Positions 48,723 through 61,489 of a DNA stretch of 64,000 nucleotides are shown here, in pieces. The stretch's first letter is position 1. The number at the start of each line of letters is the position of its first letter. A program made the position numbers and the translations under genes. The notes beneath the pieces are model-generated. The model saw only the letters and a program-made list of their open reading frames with translations, had not been told where the DNA came from and ran no database searches. Origin of the DNA: Scenedesmus sp. PABB004 (lineage: Eukaryota); contig JABVCE010000007.1 of the NCBI GenBank assembly GCA_014905635.1, positions 434,001 through 498,000 of the forward strand. The letters are read 5' to 3'.

Positions 48723-51356
48723 TTACGCAGCCGCCGTGGGGCTGCCGCCGCCGCCGCCGCCCGGCCCGGCCGCCGCCGCCGCCGCCTCGGCCTGCTCCTG
48801 CAGCGCGCGCAGCGCGGGCAGGCCGTCCTTGTAGGAGAGGGCGTTGAACGCGGCGGCGATGAGCTCGGCGTCGCGGGGCTGCCCAAACATGTGCGCGCGC
48901 GCGCCGATGAGCGCGGCGGCCGCGCCAAACAGGCCCTCGTGCAGCACGGCGCCGGGGATGGCCGCAAACGCGGCGAGCGCGTGCGCGAGCTCGCGCGGCT
49001 TGAGCTCGCCGACGCGGCCGGCGAGGTCGGCCGCGACCGCGTCGACCCAGTCCCAGTTGGCGGGCGGGCCGCCCGGCGGCGGCGGCGCCGGCGCCGGCCC
49101 GCGCGCGCCGCTGCGCGCGTGGCACTCCGCGCGCAGCAGCGCCTGCTGCTCCGCCGCGACGTCGGGCGGCAGCGCCGCCGTCAGGCGCAGCAGCCGGCCC
49201 GCGCTGAGGCCGTCGAGCGTGCCCGGCGCCTCGACCGCCGCGAGCAGCGCCGGCTGCAGCAGCGCCGCGTCGTGCGCGCGCAGGTGCGCCGCGGCCCACG
49301 CCGCGCTGAGCCGCGTCGCGGGCGCGACGCCGCCGTCCGCGCCGCCCAGCGCGGTCATGCCCGCCGCCGCCGCGGCGAGCAGGTCGGCGTCCCTGAACCG
49401 CAGCGCCGCCGCGTCGGCGAGCACGCGGCCCAGCTCTTCGGCGCGCATCACCGGCACGCGCCGCGCCGTCGCGGCCGCGAGCGCGGGCAGCGTGGCGGGG
49501 CCGAAGAACTCGCCCAGCTGCGCGGCGTGCGCGTCAAACGCGGCCGCGTCGCCGGCGCTCGCGGGGTCGGCGGCCGGCAGCGGCGCGGGGCCGTCGCCGG
49601 CGCCGTCCGCGGCGGCGCCCTCCTCCGCGCCGAGGCGCGTGTGCTGCGCGTACTGCACGCGCAGCGCGTGCCACAGCTGCGTGAGGCCCGCGGGCGCGAC
49701 GGCGTCGAGCGCGCCGGGGCGCGCGAGCCACGCGTGCAGCGCGGCGGCAAACTCGTGCCCCGGCGCCTGCGCGCGCGCGAGCAGCATCGCCAGCAGGGCG
49801 ATGCTGTTCCCGGCGCGCGCGGGGTCGTCGTGCGGGGCCGCCGGCTGCGCCTCGCCGCCGGCCGCGCCGCCGCCGCCGCCGGCCTCGCCGCCGCGCGCGA
49901 GCGCCTGCAGGCGCTCCGTGGCGGTGGCCGCCACCGCGTGCATGAGCGGCCACTGCCCCTGCGGGTGCACCAGCTTGGACAGCGCGAGCAGCAGCTGCGC
50001 GAGGCTCGCGAGCGAGCAGCGCTGCAGCTTGGCGCCGCCGCCGGCGAGCAGCTCGTCGCACATCGCCTGCACCAGCTCCGCGCTGGGGCTGTAGCGGCAC
50101 CGCGTGAACGCGGCGAGGCTGCTGCACAGGTTGGGCCCGCTCAGCCGCGACACGCCCGCGGGCGCGAGCAGGTGCGCCGCGTGGTCCAGCAGCACCGCCG
50201 CGCCGGCGTAGTCGCGCTGACCCGTGCGCGTGTGCAGCAGCTGCGCGGCGGCGCGCGGTGGCGGCGTGGCGCGCGGTGGCGGCGCGCCCCCGGCAAGCGC
50301 CCCGCGGCCGCTGCGGCGCCGCGCCCGCGCCACACGCCCCGGCCTCGCCGGCGCCCGTGCTGCTGCCCCCTCCCCTCCCCTCCCCCGGCCTCACCCGCGG
50401 CACGTTCTGGATGAAGACAGCCAGGTTGATGGCCGTCATGGCGTGCGCCTGCTCCTCCAGCACCGCGCGCAGCTCGTCGAGGCTCGTCGTCGCGCCGATG
50501 CGCTGGTTCAGCGCGCTGCGGCGGCGGCGGCGGCCGGGAGTGGGCGCCGCCGCCCGGCCGGCCCGTGCGCGCGGCCGTGCGCGTGACGCGGCGCGGCGCG
50601 GCGCCGCCAGTCTGCCACGGGTGCCGCGCCGCGCCGCCCCGCGCACCGGTTGACGTAATCAGGCCGCGGGCCCCCGCGGGCCCGCTTCGCGTCGCTGTGG
50701 CTGCTCAGCACCTGCTCGCACGCCGCCAGGCTCCAGCCGTTCTTCTGCAGAAACTGCGCGCCGGGGTGGGCGGGCCGGGGAGGGCGCGGCGGCGCAGCCG
50801 TCAGCCAGGCGCGGCCGCCGGCTGCCCCGCGCCGGCCGCCGCTGCTGGCCGGCGCCGCGAGGGCGCACCGCGTAGTTGTCGCGCGTGTACAGGCTGCTCT
50901 CGGGCGGGCCCCTGACCAGGTTGTCGGTGATGGACAGCCTGCGGCGCGCGGGCGCCGGCCGCGGGGCGCGTGGGCAGCGGCGCTCGCCGCGCCGCCGCGT
51001 TGCGGCCCGCCGCCGCCGTGCGCCATCGCCACCGCCGCGGCGCCGCTGGCCACACCTGCCCATGGCGATGCCACGGGTGGTGGAGATGGCACGCCCGCCG
51101 GTCGGCGCGCCAGCGCCGGCCACGGCGCCGGGATCGGCGCGGGCGGCCCCCGCCCCGCCCAGCAGGCCCGCCGCGTGCTGCAGCGCGCCGCCTGCGGGTC
51201 GTGCGCGTGGAGCGCCTCAGCGCGTCGCCAACGCGCCGTCGCGGTGGAACTGCGGACGCGCAGGCGCGCGCCGGTGCCCGCCGGGCGCCGCGCCGCCTCA
51301 CCCGCGCTCGCCAGCAGCTGCCGGCGCAGCAGCGCCGCGCCCCCTGAGCTTAGCAT
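48723..51356 (-). CDS. Organelle-targeted helical-repeat protein (OPR/RAP-like RNA-binding candidate), multi-exon
   Basis: Targeting-like N-terminus MLSSGGAALLRRQLL; repeated amphipathic units LSGPNLCSSLAAFTR, LASLAQLLLALSKL, APAGLTQLWHAL, MRAEELGRVL, LKPRELAHALAAFA. Confidence 0.55.
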
Positions 51357-51797
51357 GGCGAGAACAGCGATCGGCTGCAGCAGCAGCAGCTGCTGCTGCT
51401 CCTTCAGCCGCTGCTGCCGATGGCGGCGCCCGCTGCGGCCGGCGGCTCTCGTGGGTGGGTGGGCGTGGGGAGGGTCTGCTCAACGGCCACCGCCCGAACT
51501 CGGGGCCACACTGTCGCCGCCACAGCCAACAGCGACGCCGGCGCGCCCGGCACGCCGCCGTTCGCAACGAGCGTCGTACCTTTGTGCCCTGGCAGCCGAG
51601 AGGTCGGCCGCACCACCGCGCCACCGCACATTCCCTCACCAGGCCCCCGCCGCAGCAGCCGCTACAGCTGCCGCCACGCACAGCCGCGCGCGCGCAGCCG
51701 CCGCTCCACGGCGTTCGGTTGGGCGCCGTCGCAGCGCTAGGCAGCACCGCAGGCCGCGCGCACGTGCCACCGCGTCCAGGAGACCGGCCAGGTTCAC

Positions 51798-53428
51798 ATG
51801 CGGGCCGCCAGCGCCCGGCGGCGCGGCGGCACCGGCCTGCTGGCGCTGCTGCTGCCGCTGCTGCTGCCGGCGCTCGCACGCGGGCAGGGCGACGGCGGCG
51901 GCCTGCTGGGCGCGCTGGCGGCCGGCACGGTCGCGGCCACGCAGCGCACGGTCGCCGCGACGCAGCGCGCGGTGGAGGCCACGCAGGGCACGGTCGGCGG
52001 CACGCTCGCGCGCGAGGCCCTGGACAACCCGGGCACGCTGCTGCGCGGCGCCGCCGGCGCCGCGGCCAACCTCCTGCCCACCGCCGCGGCGGTCGGCGGC
52101 GGCGGCGCGCTGCCGCGCTGCCGGCCCAGCAGCGTGCTGCTGGCGCGCGGCGGCTTCCCCGCGAGCTGGGCGGGCCTGAAGCCCGAGGAGCAGGCGGCGC
52201 ACCCGGTCAACCTTGTGGTCATGCAGCTCGCTGCCGCGGTCTACGGCGACCCCGCCGACTCGGCCGACTGCCTCGCCGCGATGGGCGTCGAGCCGCGCAG
52301 CGTCACCGCCATCACGCGCCGCGAGCCGGCGTTCGGGAGCAGCGTCACGGCGTGGGTGCTCCGCGCGGGCGGCGAGGGCGTGTGGGTGCTGCTGCGGGGC
52401 TCCGAGCCCGACAACGTGCTGACCGACGTCTCCTGCCGCTACTTCCCGCAACCCCTCGGTGCCGCGTTTGGCGCGCCGGGCCGCGACGTCCGCGTGCACA
52501 ACGGCTTCTACGCCGCGTGGGCCGCGCTCGAGCGCGACGTGCGCGCCGCGGTCGCGGCCGCGCTGCGCGCCGTGCCGAGCGGCCGCGTGTACGTCGGCGG
52601 CCACAGCCTCGGCGGCGCGCTCGCCGCGCTCGCGGCGCTGAGCCTGCACGCCGCGCCGCCCGCGCGCGGCGCGGCCGTCGCGGGCGCGTGGCTGCTCGCG
52701 GCGCCGCGCGTCGGCAACGCCGCGTGGCGCGACGCCTTCAACGCCGCGCTGCTGCCGGCCACGCTGCGGCTCAGCAACTACAAGGTGTGACCCGCCGGCG
52801 CACCGCCAGCGCAGCAGCACGCACCCGCGCGGCCTGCCCGCCCACCCACGCCGCCCCACGCGTGCGCGCACGCCCGCAGGACTTTGCGGTGCGCCTGCCG
52901 CGGCAGACGGAGGCCTGCAGCGTCGGCGGCCCGCTCGCGTCTGCGCTGCTGTCGCGCGTCGCCGACGTGTCGTACGCGCACGTCGGCCGCTCGCTGCTGA
53001 TGTGCCCCGCGGCGTCGGGCCTCGTGACCTGGGTGCTGTCGCCGTCCGGCAGCGAGCGGCTCGACTGCGGGCCGCCGGGGCGGCCCGACGGCGCCGACGC
53101 CTCGGGCGCGACGCACCTGCTGGGGGCCTATTTCGACGCCTGGCGCCGCGGCGCGGCGGCGGCGGCGCGCGGCGGCGACGACCTGCGGCGCGACCCGCGC
53201 GTCGCGGCCGTGCTGTGCGAGCAGTGCGCCGCGCCGCGGCTGACCCGGCTCGCGGCGGCCAACGTGCCCGCGCGGCCGGGCGGGCCGGTGACGTGCGGCA
53301 ACGCCGCCGCCTGCGGCAGCCGCGCCGCGTGGGACGCCGCGACCGCGGTCGGCGGCGTCGCGACGGCCGCATTTGAGCCGCGCGCGGCGTGCGTGGGCTT
53401 CCTGTGCACCGACGTGGGCGGTGCGTGA
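51798..53428 (+). CDS. Secreted class 3 lipase; 3' end uncertain
   Basis: Signal peptide LLALLLPLLLPALARG; VLLRGS, VHNGFY, YVGGHSLGGALA (GxSxG), APRVGN, NYK|DFAVRLP, THLLGAYF. Confidence 0.85.
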
Positions 53429-53819
53429 GCTGGGGGCCTGCATGAGCTCGGGGAGGGCGTGCTGGTGCTGCCTGGGTCGGCTGGGCGAGCCCTGGCAAGC
53501 GCGCGCTTGCTCAGCGGGGACGCGCTGGCCGCGGCCTGGCTGCGCCGGCCGCCGACCAGCCCCGCGCCCGCCCGGTCGCAGCGGCGCAGCGGCGCGGCAG
53601 GCAGCTCCCCGCGAGGCTTTCACAGCTCCCCGTGCACGGCGCACCCCCGGCGCAGCGGTCGGGGCGCAGCGGAGCCCTGCGCGCCAACTCGCGCTGTCGC
53701 GCACCCCGATCAGCGCGCCACAAGCGCACCCGGACTCCGCACCCGGACAGCTCGCAGCCGCGTGGGCGGCGCGCGAACGCGTTGGAGCCCGCAGTGGCAG
53801 CCCGCTCAACGAACGAAAA

Positions 53820-55517
53820 ATGGCGGGCGCGCGGGCGGGCGTGCAGCTGCTGCTCCTAGGCGCCCTGGCGCTGTCCGTCGCCGGCCAGCGCATGGCCGCG
53901 CTGCGGGGCTGCACAGGTGCGCGGCGCCCACCGCATCGGCCGGCTGCGCTCTCCGCTCTTCGTGCGCCCGCCTGGCGAGCCGGCGACGCCGATCGGCGGG
54001 CGTGATGCGTGTGGGGCCTTTACCCGCGGCGTCGGGCGAGGCCGGGGGCCGCGGCGCGGCCCCGCGCATGGCCCCATGGCAGGCAGCAGCAGCTGTCGCC
54101 GGTGCCGCCGCGCCGCCGCTGCCGCGCCCCCTCCCGCGCCGCCGCGCCCGCGCCCGCGCCGCCGCCTGACCGCGCCCGCGCCGCCACCGCAGTGGCGCAA
54201 GCCAACGACGCGCTGATCGGGCAGACGCAGCTGTTTGGCAACCCCAACGTCTCCGACTCCATCTGGCACGACGAGGTGCCCTTCTTCCGCCAGTACGGCC
54301 CGCTCAGCAAGATCACGGCCTACAAGGCCTTCGAGTACGACGGCCTCTGGCACGAGCCAGGCGAGCTCAAGGGCTTCCAGTTCTGGTGCGGCGGCGGCCG
54401 GCGCGCGAGGCCGGGCCGCGGCCGCGGGCGCCGCGCGGCGCCGCGCCGACGCGCGCCCACCCCTGCTCCCCCGCTTGGCCGCGGCGGCGCGTCAGGTACG
54501 GGCCGGAGCAGCTGCCGCCGATCTACGCGTACGAGGACGGCGACGCCAACCTCATGGGCGCGCGCAAGCCGCACCTGCCGGCCGAGTTTGAGCTGCGGCC
54601 GGGCGAGGTCATCACCAAGGTGGAGCTGCAGTGGGACATCATCTCGATGCGCTACGTCAAGTTCTGGACCAACGCCGGCCGCACGTTTGAGTGGGGGTTC
54701 AAGGGCGTGCCAGGGTTCAACTCGGCGACCGTGTCGGCGCCGCTGCCGGGCGCCTACCTCGCGGCGATGCGCGGCTTCGAGGGCAGGCCGCGCCCCGGCA
54801 TCGCCAACAAGCGGTGCGGCGGCGCGGCGGCCAGCCGCGGCGGCGTCCAGGCCAGCACCCGCGCTCACCCGCGCCCCGCTGACCCGCCGGCTCCCGCCCG
54901 CCCCGCGCCCCCGCCCCGCGTCCCACGCACGCAGCTACCTGATCCAGGTTGCGCTCGTGTGGGCGCTGCCAACCTGCCTCCCCGCGGACGCGCCGCCCGC
55001 GGCGCCGGCCGCGGCGCCGGCCGAGCGGCAGGCCGCGGCGGCGCGCGGCGCGGGCAGCATGTACGCGCTGAGCGACGAGGAGGTCGACCTGCTGCCGGCG
55101 AGCATGGAGGCCGACAACATCGTCACGGCCGGCGTGGCCGTGCAGCTCGCGCCGCCCGACGCGCAGGTGTGGGTGCGCGTCGTCGGCAACAACATGACCA
55201 CGAGCCTCGGCCGCCGCGGCGACCCGGTGCCGCCCGGCGTGCTCACGGGGGAGTGGATCATGGCCAACGGCGTGCCGACCGCGCCGCCCAAGCCCAAGCC
55301 CGCGCCGCCGCCGGCGCGGGCGACCGTCGTCGAGGAGGCGGCGCCCAGGGCGCCCGCCGTGGCGCCGCGGCCAGAGGCGGTGCCGGCGGAGACGCCTGTC
55401 GTGTACGCCGCGCCGCGCGCCGCCGCGGCCGCGGCGCCGGCGCCTGCGCCGGAGCCAGCGCAGCAGGAGCAGGCGCCGGCGCGGCCGGGAGGGTTCTGGG
55501 GGTTCCTCTTTGGCTGA
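53820..55517 (+). CDS. Secreted protein with a jacalin-like lectin domain and a Pro/Ala-rich tail, multi-exon
   Basis: Signal peptide; ELKGFQFW|YG, FELRPGEVITKVELQW..YVKFWTNAGRTFEWG, YLAAMRGFEG, YLIQVALVW match a beta-prism I pattern. Confidence 0.65.
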
Positions 55518-56255
55518 GCGGCCCATAAAAACCCCGGCCGGCCGGAGCCCCCCGCGGCGCCGCGCTGCTGCAGCGGCAGCAGCGCGGCGCGGCGCGCAGC
55601 GGCGCGGCGCGCGGCGCCGGGAGGCGCACGCGCCGCCGCCGCATGCGCTGCCGCCGGGCGGGGGCGGGCCCGCGGGCGCGCGCCGGGCGGCTTGCCGCGC
55701 AGGCCTGTGCCGGCGCAGCAGGCGCGGGGGCTGCGAGCGCCCCAGCACCCTTGTTAGCAAGAGTAGAGCTGTTCAACGCTGTCCAGTTGTGTGTAGAGCT
55801 CCCGGGGGGCATTTGATTCCGCCGCCACGGCGCCGCCGCTCGGCGGCGGAGGGAGGCATTGCTTTGTTGCCGCCGCGCCGCGCGCCGCACGCACGGGGAG
55901 CAACGTGCACATGCGCCTGGCCGGGGCCGCGGGGCCGCCCGCCCCACTGACTTTTGACGCCGCGGTTGAACTGACCGCGCTGACCGCCGGACGGGAGGAG
56001 AGGCGGGCACGCGCAGGCGCTGAGAGAGGTTGCAGCCGCGCTCGCGTGTGCGGCGCCGGCCAAAGCACGGCGCCCGCTGCTGGCGCGGCGGGCACGCCTG
56101 GGCGTCGGCACGACTGTCTGTGCGGCGCACAGCAGCGTCCTGTCGGTGGCCGCGGTTGCAACTGAAAACGAGCCACTCCCTCTGCCGCGCTGCCTCTCTC
56201 TGGCGCGCCGCCGCCCCGGCCGCGCCCCGCCGCACGGCCGCGCTGCGCGGCCGCG

Positions 56256-58255
56256 CTACGCGCCGCCCGCGCCGGCGCGCAGGTGGAAGACCTCGGCCAG
56301 CGCGTGCCCGCCGCGCCCCGCCGGCACATCGAGGCCCAGGTCGGCCGCGGTCGGCCCGCTCGGCACGATGCTGCTCGGGTTGAGGGGGAACAGGTTGCTG
56401 TAGTAGCTCCGCCGGCAGCCGTCCACGTCGATGGCGTCGCTCACCTGCGCGGCGCGCGCGGTGCGCGGCGCGTGGTGCGCGCGCGGGCGCCACGCACGCG
56501 GCGCGTGCACCGCGGGGCGGGGCGCGCCCCACCGGTCGCTGCGGCGGCGCGCGGCGCGGCGCGCCGCGGCCGGCGCCGCACCTGCAGGCCGCCGCCGGGG
56601 ACCTTGATCTGCCACACATCCCGCATCCAGGCCTGCAGGTTGGCGTAGTCGGCCACGCGCCGCCGCCCGCACCTGCACAGCGCGGGCGCGGGCACGGCAT
56701 GGGCCTCGCCCGCACGGCCGCGCGGGGCGCGCGCCGCTGCGGCGGCCGGCGCGGCCCGCCGGCCTGGCCGGCCGCGGGGGGCGGCGCCCGGCCCGGCGGC
56801 GGCGCTGGGCGCGCCTGAAGATGCCTGCATAGACGGCGTCAAAGCGCACGATGGTGGGGAACAGCCGCAGGTCGGCCTCCGTGAACCTGCGCGGCGCGGC
56901 GGCGGCGGGACGCCGCGTGGGCGGGCCCGCACGGCAGGGCTGAGCGCGCGCCGCGCCGGGGCCGCACTTGTCGCCGAGCAGGAAGCGGGTGCGGCCGAGG
57001 CGGCCGTCGAGCGACGCCAGCGCGCCGTGCAGCTCCGCCGCCGCGGCGTCGTACGCCGCCTGGGTCGTCGCGAAGCCGCACCGGTACACGCCGTTGTTCA
57101 CGGAGCGGTAAACCTGCGGCCCCACGCGACGGAGGTGGTGTGTGTGCGCCGGTGGCCTGTGTGCGCCGGCGCGCTGCGCGCCGCATGTCGCGCGCGCGCG
57201 CGGCGGGCCGGCACACACACATGCACACGCGCGCGCGCACGCACGCACACACGCACGCACGCACACACGCACGCGCGCACGCGCAGCCCCCCGCGGCGCA
57301 GCGCGCGCGGGGCGCGCCTGGTCGTTGAGTGCGTCAATCTCGGCCTCCAGGGCCGCGGGCACGAGCTCCACGCCGGGCGTGCCCGGCAGCGACAGGCGGG
57401 CGAGCATGCGGACGATGCTGGCGCTCTCGTTGCTCACGGCCGCGCGCGGCCGCGCGGCGGCGTCGATGAGCAGCGGCGCGGTGCAGCGCCCCCTGAACCC
57501 AGGGCTCAGCGCGTCGTACACGCCCCTGGGGCGCCGGCGCGGTGGTTGGGTGGGGGTGTGTGTGGGTGGTGGGGGGGGGGACTGGGCGCGCGCTGCGCCC
57601 AAAGGAGCAGAGTGCAGGCGCGGCGGTGCGCCGCCCGCGCACCAGAGGTCGTGCGCGCCCGTGACGGGGTCGGGCGCCTCAAAGATCCACCCGCCGCGCG
57701 TCGCGCGCTCCGGCACGTCGGCCAGCCAGCCCACGCCCACGTGCCGGCTCAGGCCGGTGACCGCGAGCGCCAGCAGCACGCGCGAGCACCAGGGGCAGGC
57801 GTTGCCGACGTAGACGTGATAGCGCCCGCTCTCAGCCTGTGGCGTGTGCGACGCGCGCGGCGCGGCGTCACGGGCGGCGGCGCGCTGTGGAGGCGCGCGG
57901 CCGCGCGGCGCGCCCGTCGCGCGGCGGGGCGCACCGGGAAGCGCGCGCTGCCGATCTGCTCGTCAAAGGCGTAGCCCGGCCGCGCGTAGCCGCCGCCAGC
58001 GTCCTGGGGCGCCAGCTCCCGGACCATGGTCTCCCACGCGAGGCGCCAGCCCGCCTTGGCGCCGCTCACGAGCGCGCCCTGCGGCACGAGCTTGGACGTC
58101 CAGGTGAGCAGGGAGAGGCCCGACTGCGGCTGCTGCGCCGCGGCGCGCACGGCGACCGCCGCCGCGCGCGTGCGCGGCGGGCGGCGGGCGCCAGCTCTGG
58201 TGGCGGCGCCGCCGGGCGCCGGCGGTGCCCGCTGCTGCTGGCACGCCAGCTGCAT
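56256..58255 (-). CDS. Glutathionyl-hydroquinone reductase (GST Xi / YqjG-ECM4 family), probably plastidial, multi-exon
   Basis: RYHVYVGNACPWCSRV, SNESASIVRML, NNGVYRCGFATTQAAY, FTEADLRLFPTIVRFDAVY, YYSNLFPLNPSSIVPSGP. Confidence 0.92.
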
Positions 58256-58665
58256 CGCTGCCGCTGCTGCCGCCGCTGCCGCTGCCGCTGCCGCTGGTGC
58301 CGTGCGCTGCCGCCGCTGCCGTGTGCGCAGCCAGGGATCGGCAGCGCGTGGCGGCGGCCTGCTGGGAGGGACTGGCGGCGGCGGCGAGCTCAGCGGCGCA
58401 GAGAATCTGCGCCGGCGAGGCTCGCGCCGCAACCGCCGCGCCGAGCCCTGGCGGCGCATCGCTGGCGCGCGCCGCCGCGCCGAGCATCTCCGCCGCCGCC
58501 CGCCGCGCCCCGCACCACATTCAGGTCAGGGTGGGCCCCGCGCGCCCGCGCGCGGCGCGCCACCGACGCGCCAGAGGCCTCCAACACCGACCCCACGCGC
58601 CCGGGCGCGCTCCGCATGCTCGTGGCGCCTTCCTCCTGAGCGGGAGAGGAGCCGAGCCGGTCGAC

Positions 58666-59898
58666 ATGGCTGCCGGCGGCCGCTCGGCAGCGCTGCTGGC
58701 GCTGCTCTGGCTGGGATGCAGCCTCATGCTGCTGCTCCCCCCCGCCCGCGCGGCGCGGGCGCCCGGGGAGCTGAGCTCGCAGCTTCTCCTCAGCAGCGGC
58801 ATGCACCTGCTCTCGGACCAGAGCAGCCTCGCGCCGGAGGGGCTGCTCGGCCTGTCGGCGGCGCAGCGGGCGTCGCCGCTGCTGGCCAACCCCGCGACGC
58901 GCAGCGTGTTCGCCGCCGACTCGGCCCTCGCCCGCACCGCCACGGCGCGCGACGAGGCCTGGCGGCGCGGCGGCGACGCGGCGGCCGGGCGGCCGGCGGC
59001 GGCCGGCGGCGGCCGGGCGGCGCGCCGGCGCGGCCGCGGGCGCAGCGCCGCGCTGCGCGGCGGCTTCGACCTCGACGTCAGCGCGACGCTCGCGGCGCTG
59101 CAGAGCATCTCGTACTGCGCCAACCTCTCTGACGTCGCGGCGTGGAACTGCACGCGCTGCGCGCGCATCCCCAACTTCCAGCCCTCGCTCGTGCACTTTG
59201 ACGAGGCGTGGGACCTGCTCGGCTTCGCCGGCTTCTGGCCCGAGGTCGCGGCCAAGGTGCTCGTCTTCCGCGGCACCGACAGCTCGAGCTGGTACAACTG
59301 GGCCGAGAACATGCGCGCGTGGCGCACCGACGCGAGCTACCCCGTGCCGGGCGCGCCGCGGTCGCTGCGCATCCACAGCGGCTTCCTGCTCATGTGGAAC
59401 GCGAGCAGCATGGCGGCCACCTTCCACGCCGCGTACGCTGAGCTGCGCAAGGCGCACCCCGTGGGCCCGACCTACGTGCTCGGGCACAGCATGGGCGGCG
59501 CGCTCGCGCACCTCGCGGCGCTCGACCTCGCGGTCACCTTTGGCGCGACCGACGTGCGCGCCGTGACGTTTGGCTCGCCCCGCGTCGGCAACGCGCCGTT
59601 CCAGGAGTTTTTCGACGGCACCGTGTCGCAGTCGTGGCGCTTCACGCACGGCCGCGACATCGTGCCGAGCGTGCCGCCGCAGCTCATGGGCTTCCGCCAC
59701 GTCGCGCGCGAGGTGTGGCTCGTCGACGTGGACGGCCCGCGCCCCGGCGACCCGCCGGCGCAGCGCGTCGTGCTCTGCGACGACAGCGGCGAGGACCCGA
59801 GCTGCCACAACAGCGCGTGCCGGCTCGGGCTCTGCACCTCTGTCGCCGACCACCTGACCTACCTCGGCGCCCACATGTACCGCGGCGGCGAGTGCTGA
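58666..59898 (+). CDS. Secreted class 3 lipase, single exon
   Basis: Signal peptide; AAWNCTRC, LVFRGT, IHSGF, LGHSMGGALA, TFGSPRVGN, RDIVPSVPP, FRHVAREVW, EDPSC, DHLTY (Ser/Asp/His triad). Confidence 0.93.
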   Translation: MAAGGRSAALLALLWLGCSLMLLLPPARAARAPGELSSQLLLSSGMHLLSDQSSLAPEGLLGLSAAQRASPLLANPATRSVFAADSALARTATARDEAWRRGGDAAAGRPAAAGGGRAARRRGRGRSAALRGGFDLDVSATLAALQSISYCANLSDVAAWNCTRCARIPNFQPSLVHFDEAWDLLGFAGFWPEVAAKVLVFRGTDSSSWYNWAENMRAWRTDASYPVPGAPRSLRIHSGFLLMWNASSMAATFHAAYAELRKAHPVGPTYVLGHSMGGALAHLAALDLAVTFGATDVRAVTFGSPRVGNAPFQEFFDGTVSQSWRFTHGRDIVPSVPPQLMGFRHVAREVWLVDVDGPRPGDPPAQRVVLCDDSGEDPSCHNSACRLGLCTSVADHLTYLGAHMYRGGEC

Positions 59899-60137
59899 CG
59901 GCGCCGCCGCTGCGCCAGCACGCGGCGCTGAGCGCTGGCCGCCCACTGTAGCATAGCATATACACATGGCGAGGGCCGCAGCCATTGCGCGGCCTCGGGG
60001 GCGGGGCGGCGCCCGCACGGCGGCCTGGCCGCCGGGCATCTGTTGGTTTTGAGTTGTATCACAAGGCTGGCGAGCATTTTTTTTGCTTGGGGAGACCGGG
60101 GAGCGGGGGCAGCGCGGCGGTGTGCAACAGGCGACCG

Positions 60138-61489
60138 TTACTGGGCCGCTCGCGCAGGCGCCGCCATGCCCTCGCCGCTGCCCCCGGCGCGCGCGCGCCG
60201 CCAGCTCCCCGCCCGCTGCCACAGCCACCACGCGGCGCGGCAGGCCTGCGCAGCAGGGCAGCGCGGAGAGGGGGAGGTGGGTCAGCGGGCGGTCTCCCGC
60301 CAGCCGCCGCCCCAGGCGCGCACGCCAGGGCTGCCGGCCGCCGCTCACACACCAGGAAGGCAACGCTCCAATGGTAGAGCGCTGGGTGCTGCTGCGCGAC
60401 AAGCTCTGCCGCCGTCGCCTCGCCGTCCCAGCGCGAGCAGCCGCCCCAGCCGCCGCACGCGCCCGGGGGCGGCGGGCCGGGCGCGGCGCACGCGCCGCCG
60501 GCCGCGCCGCCGGCCCCCTGCGCGGGCGGGCCGCCGGCGCTGCTGCCGCCGGCCGCGCCCGGCGGCTGTCCCGCGCCGCTGCCGGGCGCCGGGCAGGCGC
60601 CATCGCCGCCGCCGGGCTGCCCGCCCCGGGAGTCGCACAGCTGCGCGACCTCCAGGCTGGCCAGCGGCTCGGAGCCCTAATCGGCGCGGGCGGCGCGGCG
60701 CGGTCGCTGAGCGGCCGCGCGCCCCCCGCCGCCGCCGGCGTGCGTGCGCGCTTGGCCTCACCAGGGCCTTGGAAACAAATGCGAGCATCGGCCCGAGCCG
60801 GTGCTTGCCCCGATAGCGGTACTTCCGGCCCTGCGCGGCCGCGCACGCGGCAGGCGTCGGCTGGCCGCGGCGGGGGCTGGCCGCGGCGGCGCCGCGGGCG
60901 CGGCATGCGGCGGCGCGCCGGGCGGCGGCGGCGCTCACGCGCGCGTTGACTTGCAGGACGGGCAGCGCGTGCAGGCCGTGCGTGATGAGCTGCATCAGCG
61001 ACATGTTGGCCGACGACACCGTCACAAACGCCACGTCAGCGGGGAAGAAGGCGGGCAGGCACTCAAACGTCGGCTTCAGCGCCCTGGGAGAAGGAGAAGG
61101 AACGACACGCACGCGGCAGCAGCAGCTCGCCGACGGCCCCCGCCGCGGTCGGGCGCCACGGTCGGGCGCCCGCGGTCGGCGGCCGCGCGCCCCGCGCTGG
61201 CCGCGCGCCGGCGGCAAGCCACTCACGCTGAGTGGGGGCACCCGGGGAGGTGGAACAGCACCACCACGCTGCCGTTTGCGGGCGGGGCGTCGGCGGCCGC
61301 GCCGGCGCCGCTGCCGCTGGCGGCACCGCCGCCGATCAGCGCCGAGAGCTCGCGGCCGCCCAGCGCACGGGCGGTGTTGTTGGAGGGGAAGGAAGGGAGC
61401 GCCGGCGTCTCCCCTGCCGCGGCGGCGCCGGCGCGCGCTGCAGCGGTCGCCGCCGCCGCCAGGAGCAGCCGCGCCGCTGCCGAGGCCAT
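60138..61489 (-). CDS. Secretory-pathway thioredoxin-fold protein with a CxxS site (TXNDC15/APR-like), multi-exon
   Basis: Signal peptide MASAAARLLLAAAA; VVVLFHLPGCPHS, ALKPTFECL, HGLHALPVL, YRYRGK..MLAFV; hydrophobic C-terminal segment ALYHWSVAFL|ACRAAWWLW; stop TAA at 60138. Confidence 0.7.
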
